DNA from: Yuukianura sp. NJ FZ-2021
Lineage: Eukaryota
Direction of reading: 5' to 3'
Length of the DNA: 64,000 nt
NCBI GenBank assembly: GCA_046563655.1
Contig: CM102287.1
Span: 2,728,001-2,792,000, forward strand
Shown here: positions 36,501 to 49,800 of the stretch, one piece after another
Position numbering within the stretch: the first letter of the stretch is position 1
Layout: each line of letters begins with the position of its first letter
Program-made: the position numbers and the translations under genes
The notes under the pieces: model-generated
What the model saw: the letters and a program-made list of their open reading frames with translations, nothing else
What the model was told of the DNA's origin: nothing
Database searches by the model: none

Positions 36501-38811
36501 CTAAAGCACGACACCACACAATTAGTAAACTTCACAAAGACAAACACTTACAACATACAAAAAACATAAAACAAAGTATGGCCGAGACCTCCACGAAATT
36601 TCAAAAATCGCATTACAAAAACAGAAAATTACACGAAAAAAAAAATAGAAAAACGGGGTGATTTTCTGAAAATTTTTTTGCACATGTTCAACGCCGGATA
36701 AAAATAAATAATTTTCTGCCCTAGCATTCCCATTATAAAACTAGATTTGCCATCAACTAATGCTTCAAAACAGAGCAAAAGTGAAAAGTGAAATTTTGAA
36801 AGAAAAAATTGGTTTTAAAAACATTAAAATTTTGAATTTCGTATTCTCAAAACACAACTTTTTGTGACAAGTTTTGATCAAATGTTAATGTTCCGTTGAA
36901 AAACTGATCACAGTTCCACAGTCAGAAGGAGTGGGAATGGGTTAATAATTATTTTGTGGATTGTGGAGTTATGGAATGGATTGTGGATTGTGAAATGGAT
37001 TGAGGAGTGGATTGTGGAAGGTGATCTGTGGATGAATCTGAGAAGTTGATGTTCTATCACTCTTTTTCTCATCTGCAGATCCAAAGATCTTAGGAAGTAA
37101 ATTAAGATTGATGACACGAGGGCCTTGTCTTCCTCTCTCTTGATCTCTTTAGCTCATGCTCTTTTCAAAAAATGAAAAACTGACAAAAGTAGATTGACCA
37201 GTTACCAAATTTCTTGAGAAAAGGCTCATCTTGCTCAAGAATTTGAGTGACTTGGGAGGAAGATGGAGTTCATCTTCTCTCTTTCCAAGATTCATCTCAC
37301 AGATTCTTATTGGAAATTAAGGAGTTGGGTTTTGGAAAAAAAAAGTAATGGAAAAGTTCACCTCCTGGGATTCGATCTGGGGAAGGTGGATTGTGCCCTC
37401 CTGAAGTGTTATGATACAAAAAAAGTAATTGAACATGAAGGTTTTGAGTGGAATTTGAGTAGAGATTTGCAAAAAGTTAATGAGTTTGCAATTTTCAAAG
37501 TCAAAATTCAAAAGATGGAGAGATTAACTTGTGGTTGACGCCAAAAGGCCAAACTTTTTTAAAGTTAGGTTTTCCTAGCCTATGCTAGGCGTTGACCAGT
37601 TAGTAATTGTGTACAACCCTTCAACTTTTAACACCCACTATACTAATTAAACTGTCAATTTTACAAATCCAAAGTTAAATTCAAAGTTTTCAAAAAATTT
37701 GGTACAAAACACCATTCAAAACTTCGAGAGATCAAAAGCCATATCAGAACTATTCGTCTCAAGTTTAATGAGGAAAATTTTGAGGTTATCGTTTTACTTT
37801 TCATTCGTTTCTTTTCAATCTCTTTTTTCAAAATTCTGAGGCAATTTTATTTTTTTATTACATTTTGACAAAAACGGATTTTGAGAGAGATGAAATGAGT
37901 CAGTAGCGGGGTGATTCATTTTTGCTGAATAATTTATCCATTTTGATTCTTTTGTGTCCCCCACATGGGGTGCTGATGGTATTTTTTGAAAGTGAGTGAA
38001 TTGATGTTTGTAATTGGTTGGATGATGATCTTGTCCATCTTTGGAATGAGATAAACTTAGAAAACAATGATCTTCCACCCCCGAAATTGCTCGTCTTCCG
38101 TTTTAATCTTAGTTAACCACTTCTACACAATACACTCACCATTTCAATTTTCGTCCCCCTCTTTCTCTCAAAATTTAGCACATTCCTCCCCCACTTTCAA
38201 AATTTACATTCCCTGATACTCTCACATTTCAAAATTCAGAACATTCCTTCTTCTCTCGCTTTCAAAATTTACTCTCCAATTTCAAAATATACAATCCCGA
38301 CCACACGCAAATTAATTAATTAATTAATTAAACTTCAGAATCCCATCCCTAAACGACGCAGAATCTGACGCAAGAAGTACCAATTGTTTGGAACTTTGGA
38401 ATTCAATTCTCCATTGAGTTTTGGAAACCTTTAGAGTTGTTAGTGGCATCATCGCATTTCAAAACCTTAACTTTTTTTTTCTCAAAAGAATGAAAAGTGA
38501 ACCCCCAAATTCGGAGATTCGGAGTCTGAAATTGGATCGGAAGGAAGATTAGGCTCTCGTGTCGCTTCCCCTCGAGAACTTAACTTGAACTTGAACATGA
38601 GCATGCGCATTCATGCGTTCCTTGGAGGGCTAAACCTCATAAAATTGCGGCGCGTGTCGAAGGAACGTATTTGAATGTAATTCATCTCTGCAAAGGGATG
38701 AAGGGACCTACGCAGAAGATTCATTCTCAAGCAGACCAGAGATCACAAACATTCCAGAAGGGGCAAGGGGATGAAATTGTTTTCTACCCGGGTAAATCCA
38801 GCGGATTCAAA

Positions 38812-38960
38812 AAAAAATCATCCCCCTCAAAACCATCCACCTCAAAAAATCATCCCCCTCCAAAATCATCTCCCTCAAAAAACTACCCCCTTCGGAAATC
38901 ATCCCCCTCTCAACTCAAGCTCACTTTTACAAGTTTACCAAAACTCACCCCCTCTCAATT
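38812..38960. repeat. ~15-17 bp minisatellite (AAAATCATCCCCCTC)
   Basis: About 7 degenerate copies; produces the spurious SPSK/NHPP ORFs at 38671 and 38771. Confidence 0.85.
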
Positions 38961-41443
38961 GGAAACGGAGATTTCCGAAAATGGGAGGAAAAAGCGGGAA
39001 GATTTGAAAACCTAAACAAGTTTTTTGGAAACTGCGATACTAATCTCGTTCTTTGCAGCATCCAGAGAGGATTTGGGTGGAATGGATCCCTTCCAGAAGA
39101 TAACTACGAGAGGGGAAGAATGTTGTTGTGAGTAAAAGTTCAAAGCTAGGCGGAACAGAAGGAGGATTTATGAGTTTCCCGGGAGTTCTGGAAGAGTTAA
39201 TGAGTCCAATGAGTCAGAGTGGCAGGGGGCTGCAGTCACCACTTTTGTTAACGCTAAAACTTAAGCGATTCCAGATTCACATGAACGAGCACGCAGCGAT
39301 TTTGAAATTTCAGAAATTTTCCACATTTTTCAATTTGGCAGAATTTTCGCGGTTTGGATTTTTGCCCGTCAACTTGCTTTACTCAGGAATTTTTGACAAC
39401 TTTAAAATTTTTCAATGTCTTAACTTCAGACCGAGGAAATTTTGTTGCAAGGAATTTTTTTGTAAGTTTTTTGCTGAAAATTTCCATTTTCTTTGTAAGT
39501 TTGTGTAAATTTTTATTGTGGGAACTTTTTTTTGAAGACAGGAGGGAGGACATGATGATCTTCCTCTTGCAAGTTCCCATCAGTTTCAATGAATCATGAA
39601 ATTTCCTTTAGTTGGTGGTGGCAGATGAGGTGATTCCAAATTACAAAAGCGTGGTGAGCCATTAAACTTCTTTTTCAAAATTTGATTTATTTTTGAAAAT
39701 TATTTTAGACAGAAACCTCAATTTCATAAATTGCCAAAACAAATGTTTGTGACTCGAGCAGGAGAGAAGTGTGGTGGAGGGAGTAACTATTTCAATTCCG
39801 CCTGGTGGAGGGAGTAACTATTTAAGTTCCAATTTAAAACAGATGTCTACCTCCTGCTTATTCAACTCAATTTCAAAATTGTCATTTACGTTGTTCCAAA
39901 GTTTCATTTTGAACTTGGTCGTGGGAAGATGGGAACATTTTGAAAATTGTTCCCATAATTAAGTTCATTTCCTTTTGTTATTCCGAGACAAGGGGAGGGT
40001 AAATAGTACAAAGGGAAACATCAAATACTTGAGCAGCATAAAAAATACTTGGGCAGCACATAAAAAATGCTGGGGCAGCACAGTAGTAATCTTGTGGTTG
40101 TACTAAACCGATTTCTTGGTTGAAGTAAGGCCCCACCTTGTCTCTTGTTCTCATGAAATCATCAAGGTTCCAAAACCACAACAAAGAACAAAAGTTGCGA
40201 CGTTTTTTGAGTCACCTTTTGATTTTTGCCGAAACATTAATTCTTGCGGTTGAAATTATTTAATTTGTTTAAAAATGAGAAAAAGTAGAAATACATAAAT
40301 AAATAATTTAAATAATAATTAATAATACATGTCACTTACCGTTGCTATTTAGGGAAATCCTGGGCGTTGCAAAAGTGCTTGACAATGCTTGTCAGGATCC
40401 AGCATCAGCATTCAGCATTCAGCATCAGTATTCAGCATTTTTTTGTTGACACAGGGACACAAAGTATCAATATTCAGAGACACTCCCTAAAAATTTTCAG
40501 TCGTGATCAAAATTGAATATGAAATGAAGCACTGTGCACAAAAACTTGAGTTTGAAAGATTTAGTATCCATGGATACCGCGATACCTCCGGAGTACCGCA
40601 CCTTAGGAAATACTGCAAGTTTTTTGAAAATTTTTGAAAAGAAGTGCCTTGGAGGTACGACGTTTGATGGAAGGTGCAAATTAGAGGGTTTGCGAAATAC
40701 CTGTTGAGTCTTATGTCAAACTTCATTCACAACAGCACGAGAAAGGCTTCAAGGGAAACTTAATTAGTCTTTAATTACACACACAGGAAGTGTAAGGAGC
40801 ACAAAAACTTCAACAACCACCACAAAAACGTTGAAATCCAGCACAAAAACTTCAACAACTTGCAGAAAAACGTCAAAAACGAGCACAAACGGTGAAAAGT
40901 TGCACAAAACTCCTAGAAAGTTGCAGAAAATGTCTAAAAAGTTTCACGAAACTTTTGTCACTCCTCGGAGCTGTCAAATTTTCAAATTTTCGACTCACAT
41001 CCCTAAAAATTCAAAATTGTTGTCAAACTGTCAAAAGTCCACAAGAGTCTGACTTAATTTGACAAAAATTTTGAAAAGTTGAACCAGTAAGCAACGGAAG
41101 AGTTGGATGAACTGAAAAGTCGTTTGAAACTGAAACCCAAAACCTTTTTGAAAAACTTGTCCATAGTTAAAATTCAATTTTGAAACTTTACACCTCCTGG
41201 GAAGAAGTGGTGAGGTGGTAAAATTATGGCAAAGTTTTGTGTTTGATTGTGGTGTGATTAGGTGACGGTAATGATTTGAAAAGTGGTCATAAACTAAAAA
41301 TCACCAGGAGGAGTCTAGAAACTTCTGGTTTTGTCGATCACAACAACAACTGGAATGACAACTTTTCAAATCCAAGGATATGCTCAGAAGCGGAAAATTT
41401 CAAATGCGTAGACTCCGAGGTTTAGTCAACCCCTTCCAAAAAA

Positions 41444-41660
41444 AAAGTTGCTCAAACGCTCTATAAAGTTGCTAAAGTTGCTCAAACTTCCGAAAAAGTG
41501 GCTTAAACGCCCGAAAAAGTTGCTTCAGCGTCCGAGAAAGTTGCAGAAACTTTCTCCAGCGTGCGAAAAAGTTGCTGAAGGTTGCTTTAGTCTCCGAGAA
41601 AGTTGTGGAAAGTTGGTCCAGCGTCGGAAAAAGTTGCGGCAACTTTAAAACTAGTTGCTC
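41444..41660. repeat. Degenerate ~20-21 bp periodic repeat with AAAGTTGC core
   Basis: aaagttgc/aaagtgg recurs about 12 times; produces spurious KL-rich ORFs. Confidence 0.75.
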
Positions 41661-44600
41661 GAAGGTGTTATTGTTGCGTCTAAGACGCCGGGAGGACTTG
41701 GAGGGAGTAACTACTCGTCGGAGGGGAGCGGATGTGGAAACTAAAACCAGAACAGAAGGGAATCGGCAGCTCGGAATCTTTCTCATGAACTTCAAAACGC
41801 ATGACGGAAAAGCTGAAAAAATCAACGGAACAAACTGGCTTTTCTCAAATCATCATCATGATCATCATCTCAGAATCAGAAGAGATAAAAACAGGATTTT
41901 TTCAAAATGAAAAAATGATTTAAGAAACTTTTCATAAAAAACCAGCCTCTCTTGAGAAATAATAATTTAATGAAGGAGATTTCTTACAAATTGGAAAAGT
42001 TTTGCGTTGCTTTGTCCAAGCCGCTACTCACTGGAAACCACTTTTTAAAAAAGATTGTAAAAGTTGCATACTTTTGGTTCCTTAGTGGAGTGAAAAGTTG
42101 CACAATTAAGGGTAATAAAATTTACTCACTTTCCGATTTAAAAAAAAATGTGGACTAATGATGAAAATGTTTTGAAAGAAGACGACGCTTCTGCGTGTTT
42201 GGCCATTTTGAAAATGAGGAGATCAAAAGTCTTAATCTGATGAACGAAGATTTTGAAGATTCTTTTTTCAGGACGTGAAGATTTGGACTTGGACTTGAAA
42301 AGTTTTTGAAATTTTTTGTTTCGTTTTTTCTTTGAAAAGAAAAGGAAATCCATTTTTGGATTCATTATTTTTCTTATTCTTCAAAATCAAAAAAAGTTGT
42401 CTGGTCATGATGAATCAATAGGGAAAAACCTTTTTAATGTTGGTGATCTTCCTTCAATTCATTTTCTGCAAATCTGCAGCATTTCTCTAGGTTTAAAGCT
42501 GATTTAACTCCGAAAAGGTCAACGACAAAACTGTCTACAACAAATGACTCTACAAAAATCAACAATGTCCAATGTATTTGAAAAAATAAAACAATATTTT
42601 ATATACAGGGTTATAAAAAAAACCTAACTTGAACGAAAATTATAGAATCGAAGTAACTAAAAAAAGGTAAATAACTCATCTTTCGTTGAGCAATGAAAAT
42701 TTTAACCGGCGTTTTACCGTACACGAGACGCAGACAAAAGAATGTAAAAGATCTGCAATTTGAAATTCAAATTACAAATTTGCAAAATTTTGGCATTGAA
42801 TTTCCAATGTTTACTAAAGAATTTCTTACTCATCTTATCAAAACGGAAGTCTGAAACAGTAACAGCGCTTATAAATATTAATGAAACAGACAAAAGTGTT
42901 GATCTTATTACATTTTGACAAGTTTCTGATGGTCAAAATGTCGTGTTTCGTTACAGTCGTTAATGAAAATGTTGGTAATGCTGTTAATTAGAGGTGGTGG
43001 GAAAACTAATGAGACAAAACAGTTGAGCAATTATGTGTAGACCTTATTGTTGTTGACAGAATTGACTGTGTGGCTGAATTGGACTGTTAAGTACTTGTTC
43101 ATGGATTTAATTCCTGTGGAAGGTGATGAAGAGCGAGGCTTGTGCTTGCAAAGTTTTCTTTTCCTTTGAAGCAACAAACACAGACGAAACATTCTTAATA
43201 TTTAGGTTCGAGCTGTGCCATTCATCAGATCAGTTTCAGTTCCTAAAAATAGATGTGAGGTAAACTTTTCAATGTGCTTTTGTTCAAAATCCTGTTAACT
43301 CCTTTTTCAAAAAAGCGACAACGTTTCAAAAAATTCTTGACTGCAGTAAGCCTCCCTGCAGAACATGAAGGAATGGGCTTAAAAGCTCATTTTTCTTCCC
43401 AAAAAGCTGTGTACATGATGAAACAATTTTAAAATTATGACAGATTTAAAGATCTTGTTCGACAGAACACGAGCAGCTGAAAATAAAAAACGGCAAGTTG
43501 GCAAAACATGTCAAAATTTTGAAACTTAAAATGGGAATCTGCACCCAATAACTTGTGCACTGACTATTTAGCGGAAGAAACGGAGGCAGAAAGATTTAAG
43601 ATGTTTGGGATTAGACTTGTCACGTCAACTGACGTGAAAACGTGTTTAGCAGAGGCAGGAAGTTAAACGCTCAAGCACGTTTAACGATTTAACTCCAAAT
43701 TACAAATGTTTATAAACAAAAATAAAATATATTAATAAATAATAATAATAATAATAAAATAGAATAAATCGGATGTTATTCGTACAAAACCACCGAAATC
43801 CCCAAAATTAAACTTCTATTGCAAATCCCAAATAACTACAAGTTCTTTCGCTTTTTTTAAACGGCGCGTCAATATGGCAAGAAGTTTGAAATATTTCTGT
43901 GCTGCAAAAAATTTTTTGCAATGTTGCAAATTTGCAATTTTATGCAGTATCAAGTGTCAAGCCTCATTTGGACCTGTCAATTTTGCTAAATTGAATTTAT
44001 TCCGAAAGTGCCTGTGGGTGTGTCCTGAGTAATTAGAAAAGAGATTGTGTTTAAGGAGATTTTTGACACGAAGCTCTTAGTTTGCTGATTCAATTGTTGT
44101 GCTGATTATTGACACTTTGAGTTGTGTGGTTTTGACACTTAAGGCACATCTCAACTTTACATTGTTTGAACATCGTTTCCAACTTAAACTGTCAGAGGGA
44201 AGTTCAAATTCAGAAGTTGGGGAGCCATTTGCATAGCATTAGCACGGAAACAAGCTTTTGCAGAAACTGTTGCTAAAAACCTGTCAAAAACTTCTGCTTG
44301 GCTTCTTAACACAAGGAAACCATTGTTTGCTAACAATTATGTTTGTGCGAAATAATAAGACTTGCAAACTAAAGCGGTTCTTACCTTTTACGAGCACTAG
44401 ACTTAGATTTAAGTTGTGTCGTTTAGTACACAAGAAAAACATCAACAACTTTTCCATCAACAGCATAATCTAACCAAACGTATGTTCTTTTCTCATGTTT
44501 CACATTTCGTAAATAAACAAAATTTTACTTTCATTTTTTTTTCAAAATTTCGAAAGACGAAGTTTCCAGAATTTTTTCTTTTTCAAATTCTGCATACACA

Positions 44601-45748
44601 TCACGGATCTGCAGGATCGTCTGTTTCTAAATAGCAAAAGTAGAAATATTTTGTTAAACGGAACCACAGTTACTAAAAAATCTTTCGTATTCGTTCCGAA
44701 TTTACAGTTGAGAAATTTTTTGTTTACCAAATTGTTGTTTAGGGACTTGTGTCAAGTGTTGTTCTCTCCCTGGTCCAATCATAATTATTTGAACCTTGTT
44801 GATTTCCATAGTCGTAGTAAATTCAGTTATATACTATACGTTGTTATGTTATGTTCGTGTTTTAAACTTATACTTTACTCAACACGAAGAATGAATTCTA
44901 TCATCATGACACGAAATAGTAATAAAATAATTTCGCAATTCAGAATTTACAATTACTATATTTTCAACCTTTCATTTTCAACTCGTCACAAGTCTCTCAA
45001 ATCTTAGCTTTTTTCATCCACATGAGTTCAGATTCGCATAAAAACAAAAGACAAACTACAAAAAACTTTATTATTATCACCATCTCTGCTTGTCATCTTA
45101 GGAGATTGTAAATGTTGTTTGACATGCCGGGTATGTTTTAGCACGGAGGTCATTGACCTCCAATCCAACTTCTGTTTAATGTCTCCCGTCCAGCAACAAT
45201 AAAACAGTTTAAAGTCTTGTTTTCCAAAGTGGAAATGACCAATGTCACATCTTCTCACAGCAGGCGGAACCCGGACTTGTCATTTTTTTTTGTAAAGATT
45301 TCCACTTTTTAGTTCCTTTTGTGTTTTTTGTTAAGTTGGAGAATGATTAACGTTGAAGTTTCCATTAAGCACCCAACCAAAGGTGCTTTATCGTTATTCT
45401 GCCCACCCTACACAATCGTCGGTGAGTTCGCTCAGGAATGTTGATGTTTTAACAAAAGAAATGCAATTTTTTAAGTGAAAAAGTAAATTTTTTAGTTCAA
45501 GTTTGGAATTTGCAATTTCGGTTTGGAGTTTCTTGTTTTTATAAACTTTGATTTTTGCTGATTTGAGGAATTCCAGGGAGTACAACGGCCGTTTATGTTT
45601 GAAATTCGTCAGTCTTCAATTAGGCGGAGTGTGTGAATCGTAGTTCGCGTGTAATTAAATGTAATTAATGAAGTAATTAAGTAATTAGTTATGCAATTTA
45701 ACTAAATTGAAGTTAAGGTAGCTTCATTGTTGTAACGGTTGAGAAGAA

Positions 45749-45762
45749 GCGCCATCTAGCGG
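45749..45762 (-). promoter_or_regulatory. CTCF-consensus-like site (CCGCTAGATGGCGC) at the TBC1D25 promoter / prickle domain edge
   Basis: Plus strand gcgccatctagcgg, just upstream of the first non-coding TBC1D25 exon (donor gtaagt at about 45929). Confidence 0.55.
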
Positions 45763-46808
45763 ATGTGAAAAATGTTTGAATTCCGTTTGATCTTTTCCGA
45801 CAAAACAAAAACAGATGACAGACAGACAGACAAAGTACAAAGGAGAGGTTCGCAAAAAAATTTGGTGATTCGCAATTCGCAAATTTAAAATTTGCAATAA
45901 AAAATTGCAACAAGTTTACTACTCTTGGGTAAGTTTCTCTTCAATAAAGTTTTGTGCTGTTCTGCATCGGATCTTTCATGTTGCCGAAATGAATTGATCT
46001 CTTCGACTTCGGGGGTTTTTGGGAGGTAACGAAAGTTTCTCTTTTTTTTTCTATTTTTGGTTACGATCTTGGATGTGATCTGTGTTTTTGTGATGTTGTG
46101 AAAGTTGATCTAATTTTTATCTTTTCGCAATTTCACAGAAGCGAAGAGAGAACAAGGCATTGACTAGCAGTAGCAGATGAAAAGGGAACGACGATCTGAA
46201 CCGTAATCGGACTCTTTAGATTCCTATTGATCTCACTTTCAATTCCATTCCAACACGAAACTTTCGTGACGAAAGCCAAAAGCAAAAATAGACCAGGTAA
46301 AACGCAGAACACTGATTGTATTTATTGAACATTAATGATTGATTTAATCATTTATCTACTTTAATCTGATTGATCACGGAACCAGAGATGCCCTTCAAGC
46401 TGAACCAGATCAACCTCTCCCGAAATTCCGCATGAGAAGGCTTGACACGACTGCAATTGCCGGGAGCACTAAAATTGGCCGCAAATTCTAACGGTGACAT
46501 TGACTTCGGAAGTTAATTGACATTATTCGTGCTTGTCAAAGCCGCTGCTACAAGAAACAAGAAGGAAGAATACTCACGATTCAAGTTCCTCATAATACCT
46601 AACCGCATAATTTATTACAGTGTGTGGTTACGGTTTCAGTTTCAGCTGTGGGACACGGACTTTGACTGCTACTGAATCAAGGATCCACAGCTTATACTTT
46701 ATCAGGAGCAGTTCATGTTAAAAAAAAACATAGACATCGCCTTGTTCATATCGAAACCAAGGAAAAGGATTTGGTTGCGGTGTGTCGTTCGAAATAAAGG
46801 AGACGACA

Positions 46809-49800
46809 ATGTCAAGAACATTGTCTTCGTCTGGGTACCCCTACCAGCAGGAGGCTATTCGTATCCAAGCCCAGGTTAGTCTATTATCAGACCCTTCCTT
46901 AATCGCAATTCTAAGAACTAACTATAACACTTTCTTTGGAACTTTTCCATTCGATTTTTCCAGATTCCTGCTGGAGATGGTTCTGGAACTTCGCTCTGCC
47001 GACGTTTTTCCGTCGATCCATCTCTAACCGATTTCTGTATTCTCAAGAATCTGATTGGAAGAGCTTTTGATCTCAAAGGGTGAGTAAAACTGTACTAATC
47101 CTCTACAATTACTATAGAACTAAACAGATTAATTGCGCAATTACTTTGTCCTTCCAAGCTTAGCCTGTTGTGTAGCACTTTTGTCAACACCTTCGTGTAA
47201 CAATGATCTCGAGTCCGGAGAGAAACAGATTACTCTGGTCATATCACCAGACACAAAGTAGTTTCTAAAATCTAAACACAAGACTCAAGACACAGACTGA
47301 TCCAGAGTCCACTGAGCAACTACTGCCAATGGACATCCCAGTTTCTGGAAGGTGTCACTCTTATTTCACACTTGGATGTGAACGTGACGACTTCTTAAGG
47401 TGTAACCAAGAATCGTCAAGTACACAAGCACTGAGAGACGATAAGGAACAAATAGCCAGGAGACTAAAGATTTCTATAGACTCAAGATTTCTTTAGTCCT
47501 TGTCCCCTATAAGTCTCTGACGTGAACAAGCTTATCGTTGGTTGCCGATGTTTCTTGGAACAGTGGAGGAGTGTTTTTAGGGTCACGTTAGTTGGACTCC
47601 TATTTTGTTTCTCAGACCAAAGATCTTTTGTTCCTAAGGACAAATTGACTTTGTCATAGTCCCCGTTGACTTTGTCATGCCCAAATCTTTGACTTTGTTC
47701 TTTTTGTTCTAATCGCAGGGACTTTGTCATTAACTATCGAGCCTTGGACGACTACGGAGGTGAAACATACTTGCCACTCGTTTCTGACTGGGATCTGGGA
47801 GCTGCCTTTCTGTCTGCCTCTGTACCCGGTACTTACACAAGCAAGTACTTCAAACTCAGCTGAAATCAATCATGAATGAATCAATTACTTTAGATTTACA
47901 ATTAATGATTGAACCACGGAGTGTTCCTCTGGATGGATCGGCGGAATATGAAGATGAGGCTCCGTCCTGGGAGTTTATCCAATCAGCTGAAGTGATTAAA
48001 CCCAGTCCTCTTCCTATTGCCAATCATCATCGCAGGACACAAGGAACGCCCACAAAGTCTGCAAATAATGGGGCAAATAACAACAAAATCTACACACAAT
48101 CTATCAACAACTTCAACTCAAAGATTAATACTGCCGGACTATTCAATACGGTAAGGAAATGTTGCCAATATATGGAATTTCGAACTCTTCTGTTTCGGGT
48201 GTTGATTCCTTCATTTTTTGATCTTAAATGTACATAGTTTTGTTTTTTGTTCTAAATTCTGAAAAATGTTTGTGGATTTCAGATGGAGCGATGGGTTCAG
48301 AAGGCCTTGACTTTTGTAGAGGACATTTCAGTGGTAACGTCAAGGCCACCCCTATCAGATGTAGAGTTCAGGAATTACTTGGATCCTGCAGGGATACTGC
48401 TGTATCCAAGGGAACTCCGATTTGCGTGTTTCCATGGAGGAGTGGAATCTTCATTGAGAAAAGTCGTCTGGAAGCATTTATTGAATGTGTATCCAGATGG
48501 ACTCACTGGAGCTGGACGAATAGAGTATGTCAGGAACAAGTCCAAAGACTACTATGAACTTAGAGACGCTTGGAAATCAGCGATTCAAAACGGAATTGTA
48601 AGTTTCTAATCATCTAATCATACTATTCCACAATTCCAAGTCAAACGAAAACTTGAACTGTGATCAACTTTGCATAGTTTTGGTTGTAAAATTTTTGTCT
48701 GGCGTTGATTTGTGACAGGCGAAACTAACTGACCTGTTTTTTTTTTTAGATTAACGAAGAAGTACTTTACGTTACGAACATGGTGAAGAAAGATGTGCTG
48801 AGAACGGATCGCCACCTCAAGTTTTTTGCGGGTCACGATGACAATCAGAATATTGGCCACTTATTCAACATTCTCACAACGTAAGTGTTGAAACTCAACG
48901 AAGCTTAAATTTTTAATTAGCCTAATTCACACCTTCCTCAAGACAAGTAACCAGCGGAATTTCAAAATTTCAATTAATATTTGATGGATTAATTTGAAAT
49001 TTGTGTAGATTTGCCCTCAACCATCCATCGGTGAGCTACTGCCAAGGAATGTCCGATTTGGCTTCACCGTTGCTTGTGACGATGGGAGACGAAGCTCAAG
49101 CCTACATCTGTTTCTGTGCTCTCATGCAACGACTCAGTCCCAATTTCAGTTCAGATGGACTTGCCATGTCACTGAAGGTAACTGATTCAGCATTTTGGCA
49201 ACAAACTGACATGATTTTTGAAAAATTTTCATTATTTTGGTTGTAATTTTGCAGTTTGCTCACTTATCTGAAGCTCTGGCGCACTGTGACAGTGAATTTT
49301 GGTCGTATTTGAAGAGTGTAGGTGGAGATGACTTGCTGTTTTGCTATCGATGGCTCCTTCTGGAGATGAAGAGAGAATTTGCATTTGAAGATGCCTTACG
49401 AATGATGGAAGTTCTCTGGTCTTCACTTCCGTATAAACCACAGGACGTTCAGCTCCACGAGGTATTATATAATCTCCAGAAAACTAAGATTTTTGAAAAT
49501 ATTTGACCTTTGACCTTTTATGCTTTCTAGGTCAAGTATACTGGATCCAGTACCCAATCGGTACCCATTTCAGTACCGTCGCTGACTTCATCTTACTCCA
49601 AAGTATGTGCAATTCGGCGTTCGAATACAGCAGTAAACGATTTACGAAATAGAAGATTCTCCAGGACGAAGCAGAAAACAAGTCCGCATCTCAGTTTAGA
49701 TGAAAATTCACTCACTTCTGTGTCATCTGCAGCTTCCAGTGGTATGGGCTCAGTGTCACGACGAAAACCTTTTTATAGGTAAGAATTCGGCGATTTTCAG

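Noticed and set aside
40334..40440. Strong minus-strand donor (acg|gtaagt) as a possible alternative prickle first coding exon
   Set aside because: The frame required to join the PET exon contains a stop and no ATG-led ORF reaches the donor; at most a non-coding exon.
32000..45700. Many 60-126 aa ORFs in the ORF track
   Set aside because: F/K/L/N-rich translations typical of AT-rich non-coding DNA or repeats, with no coherent exon chain or domain.
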